Positions 35,585 to 48,000 of a stretch of 64,000 nucleotides of DNA are shown in pieces (position 1 is the first letter of the stretch; each line of letters opens with the position of its first letter). Where the stretch lies: NCBI GenBank assembly GCA_038087875.1, contig CM075989.1, positions 16,556,001-16,620,000 on the forward strand, written 5' to 3'. A model generated the notes under the pieces. The model did not search any database. It was not told the DNA's origin and saw only the letters and a list, made by a program, of their open reading frames with translations. The position numbers were made by a program, and so were the translations under genes. This DNA comes from Malacoraja senta (taxonomy: Eukaryota).

Positions 35585-37890
35585 TTTGCTACACGTGGAG
35601 AGAATACGCTGGACCGGGTCTACAGTAACATCAAGCAGGCTTTCAGAGCAGTACCCCGGCCTCACCTCGGCTCCTCTGACCACCTCTCTGTAATGCTCAT
35701 CCCAGCCTATAAGCCCCTGCTGATCAGAGAGAAACCCACTGTGAAGCAGGTTAGAGTCTGGTCTGAGGGAGCTATAGAAGCACTCCAGGACTGCTTTGAG
35801 TGCACGGACTGGGACATGTTCAGGACAGCAGCCACTTACAACCAAAACATCAATGTGGATGAGTATGCCATGTCTGTGTCGGGATACATACAGAAGTGCA
35901 TGGAGGAAGTCACTGTCATCAGGAACATCATAACCCGGGCCAACCACAAACCTTGGATTACTGCAGAGGTGCGTGCCATGCGGAAAGCACGGAATGCGGC
36001 TTTTAAATCTGGTGATTTGGGGGCTCTGAGAACAGCGAGAGCCAACCTTAACCGTGAAATAAGGAAAGCAAAGCGCACCCACGGACAGAAAATCCAGGGT
36101 TTCTTCCAGGATGATACCAACACCAGGAACATGTGGGAAGGCATCCGGCCATAACAAACTACAAGGACCCTCAGATGTCTTGTAAGGATGACACAGACTT
36201 TCTCAATGAACTCAATAATTATTTGGGCAGGTTTGAGGCACTGAACACCACTACAGTGAGGGAATTAGAGCCTCAACCAGGAGAACAGACACTGTCTTTT
36301 GAAACTGCTGAAGTCCGCAGAATCCTGGAGGGCATTGACAAGCGAAAGGCAGCCGGACCGGATAACATACCGGGGCGTCTGCTTAGGGGATGTGCCGACC
36401 AGCTGGCCCTGGTTCTGACAGACATTTTTAACACCTCCCTGAACCAGGCCATTGTTCCATCATGTTTCAAGACAGCCACCATCATACCAGTTCCCAAAAA
36501 GTCTACAATAACCTGCCTGAATGATTACCGCCCCGTAGCACTCACATCAATAATAATGAAGTGCTTTGAGAGGCTTATTAAGCAGCACATGGTCTCTAAA
36601 CTACCCCCCAGCTTTGACCCGTTCCAGTTTGCTTATCGCCCGAACCGCTCCACAGAGGATGCTATCTCCTCTGCAGTCCACCTGAGCCTACAACACCTGG
36701 AGGAGAAGAACACCAACGTGCGGATGCCGTTTGTTGACTTCAGCTCAGCATTCAATATGATAATCCCCCAGCATTTGGTGAGCAAACTGGCACCCCTAGG
36801 ATTCAATACCACACTATGCAACTGGATCCTGGATTTCCTTTCTGAAAGACCCCAGTCTGTGCGGGTCGGGAAGAACACCTCCTCGGTCATCACACTGAGC
36901 ACCGGCTCCCCTCAGGGCTGTGTCCTGAGTCCGCTGCTCTTCACATTGATGACACATGACTGTGTCGCCAAGTCCACTACTAACCATATCATCAAATACG
37001 CGGATGACACAGCTGTAGTGGGCCTCATCCGCAACAACGACGACCAGGCATACAGAGAGGAGGTGGAGCAGCTGGAGCAGGAACAACCTTCTCCTAAATG
37101 TGGACAAAACCAAGGAGATGGTCGTCGACTTCAGAAAGAAAAATCAGCCCAGTCACACTCCGCTGTGCATCAACAACTTAGCAGTGGAGCAGGTGAAAAG
37201 CATCAAGTTCCTGGGTGTGCATATAACGGATACCTTAACTTGGACTACAAATATCACATCTCTGGTAAAACGGGCACAGCAGCGTTTGTACTTCCTCCGC
37301 AGGATGAGAAGATCACACCTCCACCCTCCCATCCTCACCACATTCTACAGAAGTACCATTGAATCAGTCATGACCAGTCATGATCTCTATGTGGTGCGGC
37401 GGCTGTACAGCTGCGGACTGGAAGTGCCTTCAGAGAGTGGTGAGGACAGCGGAAAAAATCATTGGGACTTCTCTTCCTTCCATCATGGACATTGGTTACA
37501 AACGCTGTTTGTCAAGAGCTAAGGGCATTACCAGAGCCCCCACACACCCACAATATGGTCTGTTTACACTGCTGAACTCTGGGAGGAGGTACCGCAGCAT
37601 GAAGGGCCGGACAACCAGGTTCTGCAACAGCTTCATCCCCCAGGCCATAAGATTATTGAACTCACAGTCAAACCAATGCAAAAAACTTTCTTATACATTG
37701 CCACTTTTAAAAACTTTCCTTTTTTAACTATGCACATGAAGCACTTTTTTATGGACACACTAAGCACTTTTACTGATCGCTGTTACTTTGAAGAGTCAAT
37801 GCAACGAAATTTCGTTCAATGTGCACTGTGTCTATGTGTATACCTGAATGACAATTAAAGTTATATTCATTCATTCATATTCATTCATAT
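35585..37890 (+). mobile_element. Rex1/Babar-like LINE, 5'-truncated, about 3 frameshifts, (ATTC)n tail
   Basis: [69 protein letters not shown] and NSFIPQAIRLLN. Confidence 0.88.
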
Positions 37891-39749
37891 TTAAGCTTCT
37901 ACGTAATGCGTTATAAATTTAGAAACATTTCCAGAAAACCAGCAGCATGGCAACAATTTTCTTTTGCAACATCATTTTTTTCCCCTAATGTCAGTATCAT
38001 TGTCTAGAAATTTAACTGCACATTGTTTTTTAGTGACATAAAACTAAGAAAAGTCATAGAGAGATACAACACAGAAACAGGCCCTCTGAGTCTTACCAAC
38101 CATCGACAATGCATTTAGAGTAATCCTACATTAATTCCATTTTTAATTCTCCGCACACTATTAGCTGGGTTCAGTTGCTACCACTAGATCACTAATTTTA
38201 GAGCGGCAATTAACCCACCAACCTGATCACCTTTGGGATGTGGGAGGAGGCCCACGCAGTCACAGGGAGAATGTGCAAACTCCACAGAGACAGTACCCAA
38301 GGTCAGGATTGAATCCAGGTCTCTGGTGCATTAAGGCAAATGCTCCATCAACTGCTCCACTGTGCCTCATCACCACCTTTTATCCATGCCACTCCATGGA
38401 ACCCGTTATCTCCCAAAGTTCAGTTCCCTAAAATGTTGGAAATATTCAGCAGGCCATCTCTGGAGGGAAAAAGAGCTAACATTTGCCCCTCCAACAGACG
38501 CTGCCTGCCCTGCTGAGTATCTCTAGCATTTTCTGTTATTATTTCAAATTTCCAGCAGCAGCAGACTTCTGTATTTCAACTATCCATTACTGCTGGGCCC
38601 CAAAGGGACAGGGTCCCAAAGCCAATGTCACCACCTTCCATCCATCAGTGCCCACATCCCATCCTTTCCCACTAATCACTGCTGGGTTCCTATATCCTCC
38701 TACCCCATCCCATCTGAACACCTATTATTGCTGGGCTCCCATGATCACTATCTCATCCCATCCCATCCTTTACTATCCATCAGTGCTAGGGTCCAATGTC
38801 TTCTTCCACCTTGCTCCAGTTTTCAGCCCAAATGCCTCAGTAGAAAATGCCTCAGTCTGGTCTCGACCTGAAACGTCACCCATTCCTTCTCTCCAGAGAT
38901 GCTGCCTGTCCGGCTGAGTTACTCCAGCATTTTGTGTCTGCTTCGGTAGGGACTGTCTCTGTGGTGTTTTCACATTTTCCCAATGAATCTGTGGGCTTTC
39001 CCTGGGTGCTGCCGTTTACACCACGGTATAGATGAGTGGTAGGAGGATCAGGATGGGGCTGATGGGCATGTGAGACTAGAAGCGTTACAAGGAAATGTGT
39101 GGGGGGGACAGGGTTGATGGTATTTTTTTGATAACCATCATAGATTTAATAGACTTGAAAGGACCTGACATCTTCTAGGCTGTAATATTGCCCTACAATG
39201 AAACAACTAGACACAGATGGTACTCGGTTCCGTACTTCACTTCAGTTAGGCTGGGCTATGGAAGAGATAAATATTAACCAGGTTTTCTGTTTTGCAGCGA
39301 TACCATTAAATCATTGTCTTCCTGTGAATGTGAATGAGAGGATTGTGCTTGGTTATTAGTATTTGTTGCCTGAACTGAAAGATGAAAATCAGGAATCTGG
39401 ATAAATGATCAAAGCTTACAAACGTTACCAGAAGGTGCCTGAGATAATCACCGCCAACAGGTTCCCTTCTAAGAGGCACACAAATGTCAACTGGAAACTT
39501 CATTGATACTGGCTCTAAATATTGGAGGACAGGCGCTATTCATTCATGATAACAGTTTGTTCATGATACAGATAATCAGTTTCTCACGGTCAATTAGGGA
39601 TGGGCAATATTTACTAGCCTTGCCAAGTGCACGTAGATCGTGAAAATGATTTTTTTTCAAAAGGAACTTTTGACAACTTGAGGATTACTCACCAAGATAG
39701 ATGGGAAGATGTATAATTTCAAATAAATAATTGTGCAAGACTGCCTCAG

Positions 39750-40460
39750 GTTGTGTCTCAGAGAGACCATTTTTTACGAAATCATTAGCAAAAACATTAA
39801 AGTGAAGTCCAAGGCAGTTGTGAAGGGTAGGGCAGATGGGAATAAGGAAGCATGGATGATGAGATAAATTGAGGCGCTGGTCAGGAACAAGGAAGAGACA
39901 TAGGACAGGTATAGGCAGCTGAGATCAAGTGTATCCCTGGAGGAGTTTCGGGAACAGGAACATACTCAAGAAGGAAATCAAGAGGGCAAAAAGGGAGCAG
40001 GAGGTAGCTCTGGCAGATAATATTAAGGAAAATCCAAAGAGATTTAATGTACAGTAAGGGAAAGAGGGTAACTAGAGAGAGAATGAGGTGTGTGCGATCT
40101 TATAGAGGTGTATAAGAGCGTGAGGAGGATAGGATGAATGCACAGAGTATTTTACCCAGAGTAGGGGTATCAACAACCAGAGGACATAGGTATAGGGTGA
40201 GAGGGGAAAGATTTAATAGGAACCCGAGGGGCAACGTTTTCCACACAGAGGGTGGTGGATCTATAGAATGAACTGCCAGAGGAGGTAGTTGAGGTAGTTT
40301 AACAACACTGAAAAGACATTTGAAAAGATACATGGATAGGAAAGCTTTAGAGCGATGAACAAACACAGGCAGGTGGGACTAATGCAGATGGGACATCCTG
40401 GTCGAAATGGACAAGTTGGACCGAATGGTCTGTTTCCCTGCTGTATAGTTCTATGATTCA
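39750..40460 (+). mobile_element. CR1-type LINE remnants, including the 3' end
   Basis: gatcttatagaggtgtataa...accagaggacatagg...ttccacacagagggtg, ending ctgtatagttctatgattc. Boundaries approximate. Confidence 0.75.
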
Positions 40461-41361
40461 AAAGTATTAAATTAAAAATGATGTGCAGCGTTAGAACTAT
40501 TTGAAAGGGTACAAATAAATGATAATAACCTAGTTGTAAAGTTCAACAAAAGCTCTTACGAAACTAAATCATTTTTGTCCACAAATATTTACAACATAAC
40601 TTCACATACCAGAAGGAGATGACCATGTGTTAGGGGCCATTCAAAGTTAATGAATATCTGATGTAGGTTTTGTTGGATCCCTTTTCAATGCGTGTACAAT
40701 AATAGACTCACGATAACGTGCAAAAAAACTCAACTGGCAGCTGTTTTGGGATCAATAGGTATTTAAAATTGATATTAAAAACACATGCAGTGGCTACATT
40801 TTGTGCAAGCTTTAAGGCTTAGGAGAAACATCAAAAGTACACTGGACTTTTCCCCCCCAATTAAAATAGAAGAATGTAAACTATCAAACCAAAATACCAT
40901 CTAACAAGCAGAATGACAGGAAAAATGTTACAGATTGGGAGCAAAGATGCCAAATATAAAACATCATTAAAACATGAGACCATCAGAGGAAAGCACAGAT
41001 ATGTATCAACATATTTTCCAAAAAGAAAAGCATTAGCAGTGCTGGATTTTGTACAGCAGGAGACTGCTTTGCACAACAAAAAATCCACTATAACTGAGAA
41101 TTTAATCATCCAAAGCAAACCTTAAGAGATTAGAGTAAGTGAAGGATAATTTTAGACATGCTACTTATGTGCACGAGATGTGGGCAACAAGCATCTTCTG
41201 GGCTCTCTCCACATGAACCAGTCTCTACTCCCATACCTCTATCACTCAAACGCCTGCTGTTTCAATTATCGCATATTGCTATGCACTGTGTCCTGCAGTT
41301 TTTACAATGTTGGAAATTCCTGTTCCCATTCTGCAGAATCAATTGCTTCAAATACCAGCAG

Positions 41362-42580
41362 TAAAATGCTGTCAAACCTCTTGAAATTTGTGTTATTTGC
41401 AGATGACACTAATATTTTCTGTGATGGGGACAATTTGCAGCAGCTTTTGGAGGTGGTCACAGCAGAAATGAGTAAACTAAAAACATGGTTTGATTTGAAT
41501 AAATTATCATTAAATTTAAACAAAACCAAACTTATGCTGTTTGGAAAACGCAAAATAAATACACAAGTAAAAGTAATGATAAATAATGTTGAAATAGAAA
41601 GAGTGTATGAAAGTAAATTTCTGGGTGTGATTCTTGATCACAAAATCTGCTGGAAACCCCATATAAAACATGTGAGAGCAAAAGTAGCACGGAGTATTGG
41701 AGTGATGGGGAAAGCAAGGCATGTTTGAATGAGAGAGAGCACTGTATATTCTGTACAGCTCACTTGTGTTACCATATTTAAATTACATTGTGGAAGTATG
41801 GGGCAACACCTACAAAACCACCTTACAATCACTAAGCACACTACAAAAAAGAGCTATTCGTATAGTAAACAATGTAGGATATCATGAACACACCAATATA
41901 CTGTATTTAAAATTACACACCTTAAAGATTAAGGATCTGGTAGAATTTAAGACTGCACAAATAATTTATAAAGCAAAAAATAAACTGCTACCTGTAAACA
42001 TACAAAAACTGTTCAGACAGAGACGGAATGGTCTTGATGAAACGATTAAACAAAGTATGAATATAATGCAATTTAAAAAATGTACAAAAGATATATCTTT
42101 GAAAAGTACAGTAATGAGGAAGGAGAATGTAAATCTCACAGATGTTAATGGTGCTTGTTCTTTTTGTTCTTTTCTTTTTTTGTTCTTTTTTCTTAATAGC
42201 TTGATTGGAGTAGTTTTAATTGAATTGTCTGTTTAGTTTATTTTATTGAATTTTGCATTTGTTAATGGTGAAGAATGGGGGTAGGACTTGACAAGCATAG
42301 GCTTCTTCCTATCCCTTTTCGAACAAGTCTAATGTGTATTATGTTGAAATTGGCTTTTGATTTTTTAATTTATGTATGTACATATATGTTATGTATATGT
42401 GTATGTGTGTATATGTGTATATGTATGTATATATGTACATGTATATGTATGTATGTATGTATTTATGTATATATATGTATATATATAATTTTCCTTTATT
42501 TATTATTCATTTTCATCTTTTCTTTTCTTTTTTTAATCGTTCGTTCGAAATAAAAGATATCAAATCAAAATCAAATCAAA
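41362..42580 (+). mobile_element. L2/Crack-like LINE 3' fragment with a (TATG)-rich microsatellite in its 3' UTR and a (TCAAA)n tail
   Basis: LFADDTNIF, KLSLNLNKTK, KFLGVILD..WKPHI and LPYLNY..EVWG..LQKRAIR. Confidence 0.8.
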
Positions 42581-44308
42581 AAATAAAGATGAAGAGCAAC
42601 GTGGGTAGCTGAGAATCCAGGCACAGCACCAGGATGGAAATGGGGAAGAGGCATGATATTTATTGGGGTAATAGGCGCAGATAAGGAGAATTTGAACTAT
42701 GCAGTGATGTCAAGGTTGCTGGAGTGAAATCCAGGAAGGAGTGAGAGTGCTTTTTGTAGATAGTACACATTGCAGCCTGTGTATTCTGGTGGGGATAAAC
42801 ATGCATGCTGAGGGTGGCTGGATTAAGGTGCAGACTGCTTTGCCCTGGATGGTGACAAGCTAGTAAATGTGACATGATACACTGCAAAGTATATTTCCTG
42901 TGAATGGCAATGCAGTTTGGGGAACTGGAATCATGGACAAGTGGCAATGGCATTTTCCAGGCTGGCTGAAAACCATTGATCAGACTGCAGTGATCTTCAG
43001 TCCTCCAGGCCAGGTTTTGATTGGCTTGCAAATACTGAATTCACTTTCGCACACAAGCATGATGAAAAAGTAACTAACAGCTTTCTTAGAGTAAATCAAT
43101 AAAATTAACAGGCTACTTCTAAACTGTACGAGTAGAGTAAAATATCCAAATTACACAGTAGGTGTTGTGTCCCAACAGGGAAGTGGAGAGTCTTCCATCA
43201 CACTCCTGATTCGTGCCTTGTGGGTGGTGTAAAAGCCATGGGCTTGTCAGGAGACAGCAGAACAGCAGAAACTCAGTGGACTGAACAACCTCCATTGTAA
43301 GAAAATATGAACATGTTACCCAGCCTCTGACAATTCTTGTAGCCACAATATTTACATGGCTGGTCCAAATGAGTCTCGAATCAATGGTGACCTCACGATT
43401 TAGCTGGTGAGACATCTACAGTGAGTTGCAATTTGCAATGCTAAAATGATGATGTGAAACATTCAACTGTGACATTAAAATCTGTACTGAATACACACTT
43501 GAAAATGAGAAACTTGAAGGATTGAAGCCAAATGTAGTGGGGGAAGTTAGGTAAATTGGATAGTTTTTTAGCAACAGAATAGTATGCACAGGTACATGAG
43601 TCTCAGCTACAACTGACAGGAGAAGCCCGTATTTATGGCATGATTTAAATGCATAGCTTAAAGGGTAATGGAATTTTATTATGTTAACCAGCTGCCTATT
43701 AAAATGTTTTTAATTTAAAAAAAAATCAGAATATTGGCCAATATGATGTTTCTAATTTACAATCAACCACATTGAGATCTTGGGGTTGAGTGGGAAAGAT
43801 AGAGCAGCCATGATTGAATGGTGAAGTACACTCGATGGGCTGAATGGCCTAATACTGTTCCTTTGACTCATGAACTTATTTTTATTTAAATAGCTCTTGA
43901 AACAATCATGTAACGATGAAATTGCATTTTAATATTTCTAAAACATCATCATGTGATAAATAATGAAAGAAATAGATTTTCATATATTTTTACAATTATA
44001 AAAATTCAATCTCAGTTTATTGTTTCAGTTTGACAAAACAGGGCTTCTTGGAAAATATTTTCTGATGTAGACAGACGTGTCCGAAATAAGATGGACCTAG
44101 ATTGCAAAACCACCCCATTTAACACAACTGCTTTTGAAATCTGGATGTTTTAGTGGGGGGTGTGGGAAAGGGCTGCACAGAGTTTTACCCAAAATTGGCC
44201 TCCCTCTCAGCAACAGAGATTAGTGATCAGATTGAAGATGGATTGATAAGAAGCCCTTTGATAAAAGGTTACAACCATATAATTTCCTCAATTCTCACAT
44301 TCAAGTAC

Positions 44309-44385
44309 CTGAAGGCGTCCAATTGCAACGAGGCAAAATTTACTGCTTTGTCCACCATCTGAGTCCTCCTCTGGAATGGTCATTC
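44309..44385 (-). CDS. ARNT2: ARNT2 internal coding exon (77 bp; [26 protein letters not shown])
   Basis: cag acceptor and gtactt donor. CLVAIGRLQ is an ARNT-family motif, and GMTIPEED is the ARNT2-type version. Confidence 0.96.
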
Positions 44386-44700
44386 CTGCCAAACAAGAAT
44401 ATGTCATGCTGTTATTACCAAGAAACACCACTGCTATTATTTCTGAACCCTTCAGCAGAATTTTATGGTTGTACTGCGATTGCCAAATAAAATTGCAAAA
44501 TATCAAAATATCCCACTCAACTGATACACACCCTGCAGTAACAAACAATGTGAAGACATCATATGTTTCTTATAAAGCAATGCTAAGATGGACATGATAC
44601 ACTGCAAAGAACATTTCCTGTGAATGGCAATGCAGTTTGGGGAACTAAGTTAAAACTGGAAACATGGACAAGTGGTAATGGCTGTTTCCAGGCTGGCTTA

Positions 44701-45030
44701 TGGCCCTGTCCCACGGTACGAGTTCATTCCAAGAACTCTCCCGAGTTTAAAAAAAATCTAACTCGTGGTAAGCACAGAGAATGAACGTAGCGGATACGTC
44801 GGAGCTCGGGGACGTCTCTTAGTGGCTCGTAACGCTAACGGCAGGTACTCGGGAAGACTCGCTAATGGCAGGTAAGCTCGGGAAGACTCGTGAAGATGTT
44901 TCAACATGTTGAAAAATGTCCACGAGAGCCTCGAGTAACGACGAGCGGCCATTACCGTAAATCTCCGAGTTCGAATCAGGGCAAACTCGGGAGAGCTCTT
45001 GGAATGAACTCGTACCGTGGGACAGGGCCA
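44701..45030. mobile_element. MITE, PIF/Harbinger-like, with TTA TSD
   Basis: TGGCCCTGTCCCACGGTACGAGTTCATTCCAAGA ... TCTTGGAATGAACTCGTACCGTGGGACAGGGCCA, with TTA on both sides. Confidence 0.88.
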
Positions 45031-48000
45031 TTAATTTGCTAGAAAATAATAACTGGAAGCAAGTGCTCGTTTGCCCCAATGTATTATGCACACACAATTT
45101 GTGATGGTAACTCATTAACATGTGTTGTTGTTTTCTGATCTTTAACAACTTCTGGCCTGTTACTCATAAGTTCATGTGATAGGAACAGAATTAAGCCATT
45201 CAGCCCATCAAGTCTGTTCTGCCATTCATTCATGGCTGATCTATTTTGCCATCTGAAGCCCATTTTCCTGCCTTCTCCCCATAACACCTTTACTAATCAA
45301 TAATCTATCAATCTCTGCCTTAAAAATATCCATTGACAGCCTGCACAGCCTAATGAATTCCACAGATTCACCATCCTCTGACTGAAGACATTTTTCCTCA
45401 TCTCCTTCCTAAAAATGTAGTTTTATTCTGAGGCTATCGTCTCTGGTCCTAGACTCTCCCAATACTGAGAAGCGAGTGGCAGATCTAGTTAGGTAGCATT
45501 ACTTAAAACCATCTCCGCACCTTTACAGGAAGTGTATCTTTGCTGCAGACAAAGAAGTCCTTCCTTCTGTCTTAGAGGGTCAATGGGAAAGATTATAGAA
45601 AATATCAGCAGCAAAGCTTTCCAGAACATCCTTCTACGTCGTCAAGTGTAAGACCATGGAGAAGAGAAAGATCCTTCACTGCACAGGCTGGAAATCTTAC
45701 ATATAGTAAGGTTCATAGTGGAAGTGGAAGGAGGCAAACTTCAAGGACCAGGCTATGATGCTGCAAATTGTTTCCTGATCTTTCACAAGTGCCAAGGTCA
45801 GGCAGTACGTTATCAAATCCTATCAGCCACCTATGTATCAGAGCTAGAAGCCAAGACTAAAATGCCTGCCATACACTCATTGGTACTCTGACATCTCACG
45901 ACCTATACTGTCAGCTATTTCAATCACGGCAGAGATAACATCCAAACACAATACTCTCACCCTTTCAGAAGGTGGCAAATAATTAATCTTATCATCAATA
46001 AACCGGCCAGGAACAAGGACAGCTTCAGCTAGCTCAGTCACCAAATCAACCTACCCAGCCCAAATCAGAAGTGAAAATGTTGACTGTTACAGCAATGGCC
46101 GTGACAGGCTCCAGTGCCAGTGATGGGACAGAACCCAGACCATTTGGAATTATCTTCCTTGTCACATCCCACTTCCTCCTCTCCTACTCTCTCAATAACC
46201 TCTTCTGCTTTACAAGCCACAGATGATGCAAGGCTGAATTTGTATTTTCTCTCCCCATTGTGCATTTTTCTTTTCAGGTAGCGAAAAGTTCCCACTTGGT
46301 CAGGTGATAGATGCCATGTGATGAACATAGTATGTTCCACTCACTCTGAAACTTACCAAGTTAAATACAGACATTTTAGATATTTTATCGGTTAATATAA
46401 AGGCAGGATCTGCACTTGCCGATTTATCAGTGGCCATCAGGCTGAGCTGGGGTAAAGAATACAGCAGAACCAGGTTAAGCAGTGTGAGGTCATGGACAAG
46501 TCCTTCTGCAAAGCTCTCTGAAAGGACAACTGGATGTGCACAATTAAATGCTTTGTGCATCAGTCAAAATGGCTGTGTGAAATTTCAAGGATGGGGGGGT
46601 GTCCAACAATAATCTTGCAAAAGATAGACATAAAATGCTGGAGTAAGTCAGAGGGTCAGGCAGCATCACTGGAGAAAAAGGATAGGTGACGTTTCGGGTC
46701 TTGCAAACATCTGTGCATGAAGCAGAATCTTTCCAACATAAACTAAATTGACAGCCTCACTTCACACATCTAGACCCAATCATTGTTCAGCAACTAATGA
46801 CTAAAGTCCATTCATTCAATGACTGAATGTTACGGTGAAAGGTCAGACATGTGCTTTGCAAATTCAGCCTGCAGTCTACAAATTCACTCTCCATATTTCT
46901 GTAGTGTGTGAACACCACATTCTTTGCAATCATTATGAATATGAGGTGAGAGGAAGGTCACCCTAAAAAACTCAATTCAACCCAAAATAGACTCAATTTT
47001 GCAATTTAGCATTTGATGAGAACCAGACAAATGACAAAAAGCATATATTGATGGGCCAACTGACTGGAATTTTGGAACCATTATTTAACTCACAATACCT
47101 ATCAATTTGCTAAAAGTTTGTAATTATTGAGAAATCATTGTAAAATCCTTTCAAAATGAAAACAGTTTATGTATTTTGCTGGATTCACAGAATTTAAGCA
47201 AAAAGTGGAATATTATTTGCAAATTCATAGATATTCACTAAATGCAAAAACAATTTGTTGATGAACTGTACAGTAAAGCATACTTGGCCAGCGCCACAGT
47301 TTTATGGTCCTTACTCAAGGGGAATGAAGGGAATTTCTGTCTGCAGTTATAGTCATACAAAACTTGCATTCCTCCAGCTTTGGCCTCTCATGTACCTGCC
47401 AGTTCCTTCATCACATCACTGACAGTAGAGCATTCAACTATCCAGACTTCATCTGCAATGCTAAAACTCAAACAGTGATACCCAGAGCTGAGGCCTCTTT
47501 TAGTGTTTGTTAAACTTCTGACCCTATCTGAACCATTGCAATGTCAAATTCATCTCTTATAGATAATAACTTTTCTTTAGCTAAAATCATTTAACTTTAA
47601 TTTTTCACCCTTAAATAATTAATCTCACTCAGCAATCACCATCCCTACACCTCCAATGCCTGTTTTTGTGTTTTGTCCCATTATTTGCCAAGAAAGTTGC
47701 ATGGTTTTGACCTTTTCAACCATGCTCTGATTGTCAGTCACCCTCCCACCCACCAAAATCTCACTGTGTTCTTCTCTCCTGATGCCCAGCCCCCTCCCTC
47801 ATTTCTCTCTTCAAACTCTGCCTTTCACTCCCAACACTTCCTCTACCATCTCTACTCCACAAAATGGTGGGCAAATTCTGGTGCCTTAGTCAGGATATCT
47901 GAATCTGGGAAATATTCAACATGACAACAGCGACTTTGTGCTCTTTAATTGGCAATCCAATTGGCACTATATTAAATGCCCAACCTTAATTGCTTTTCAA

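Noticed and set aside
42275..42612. ORFs rich in Y/M/C/V/I
   Set aside because: They are translations of a (TATG/TA)n microsatellite in a LINE 3' UTR.
44800..44900. CRISPR-like short repeats (ctcgggaagactcg)
   Set aside because: These are irregular internal repeats of a MITE in eukaryotic DNA, with no constant-length spacers and no cas genes.
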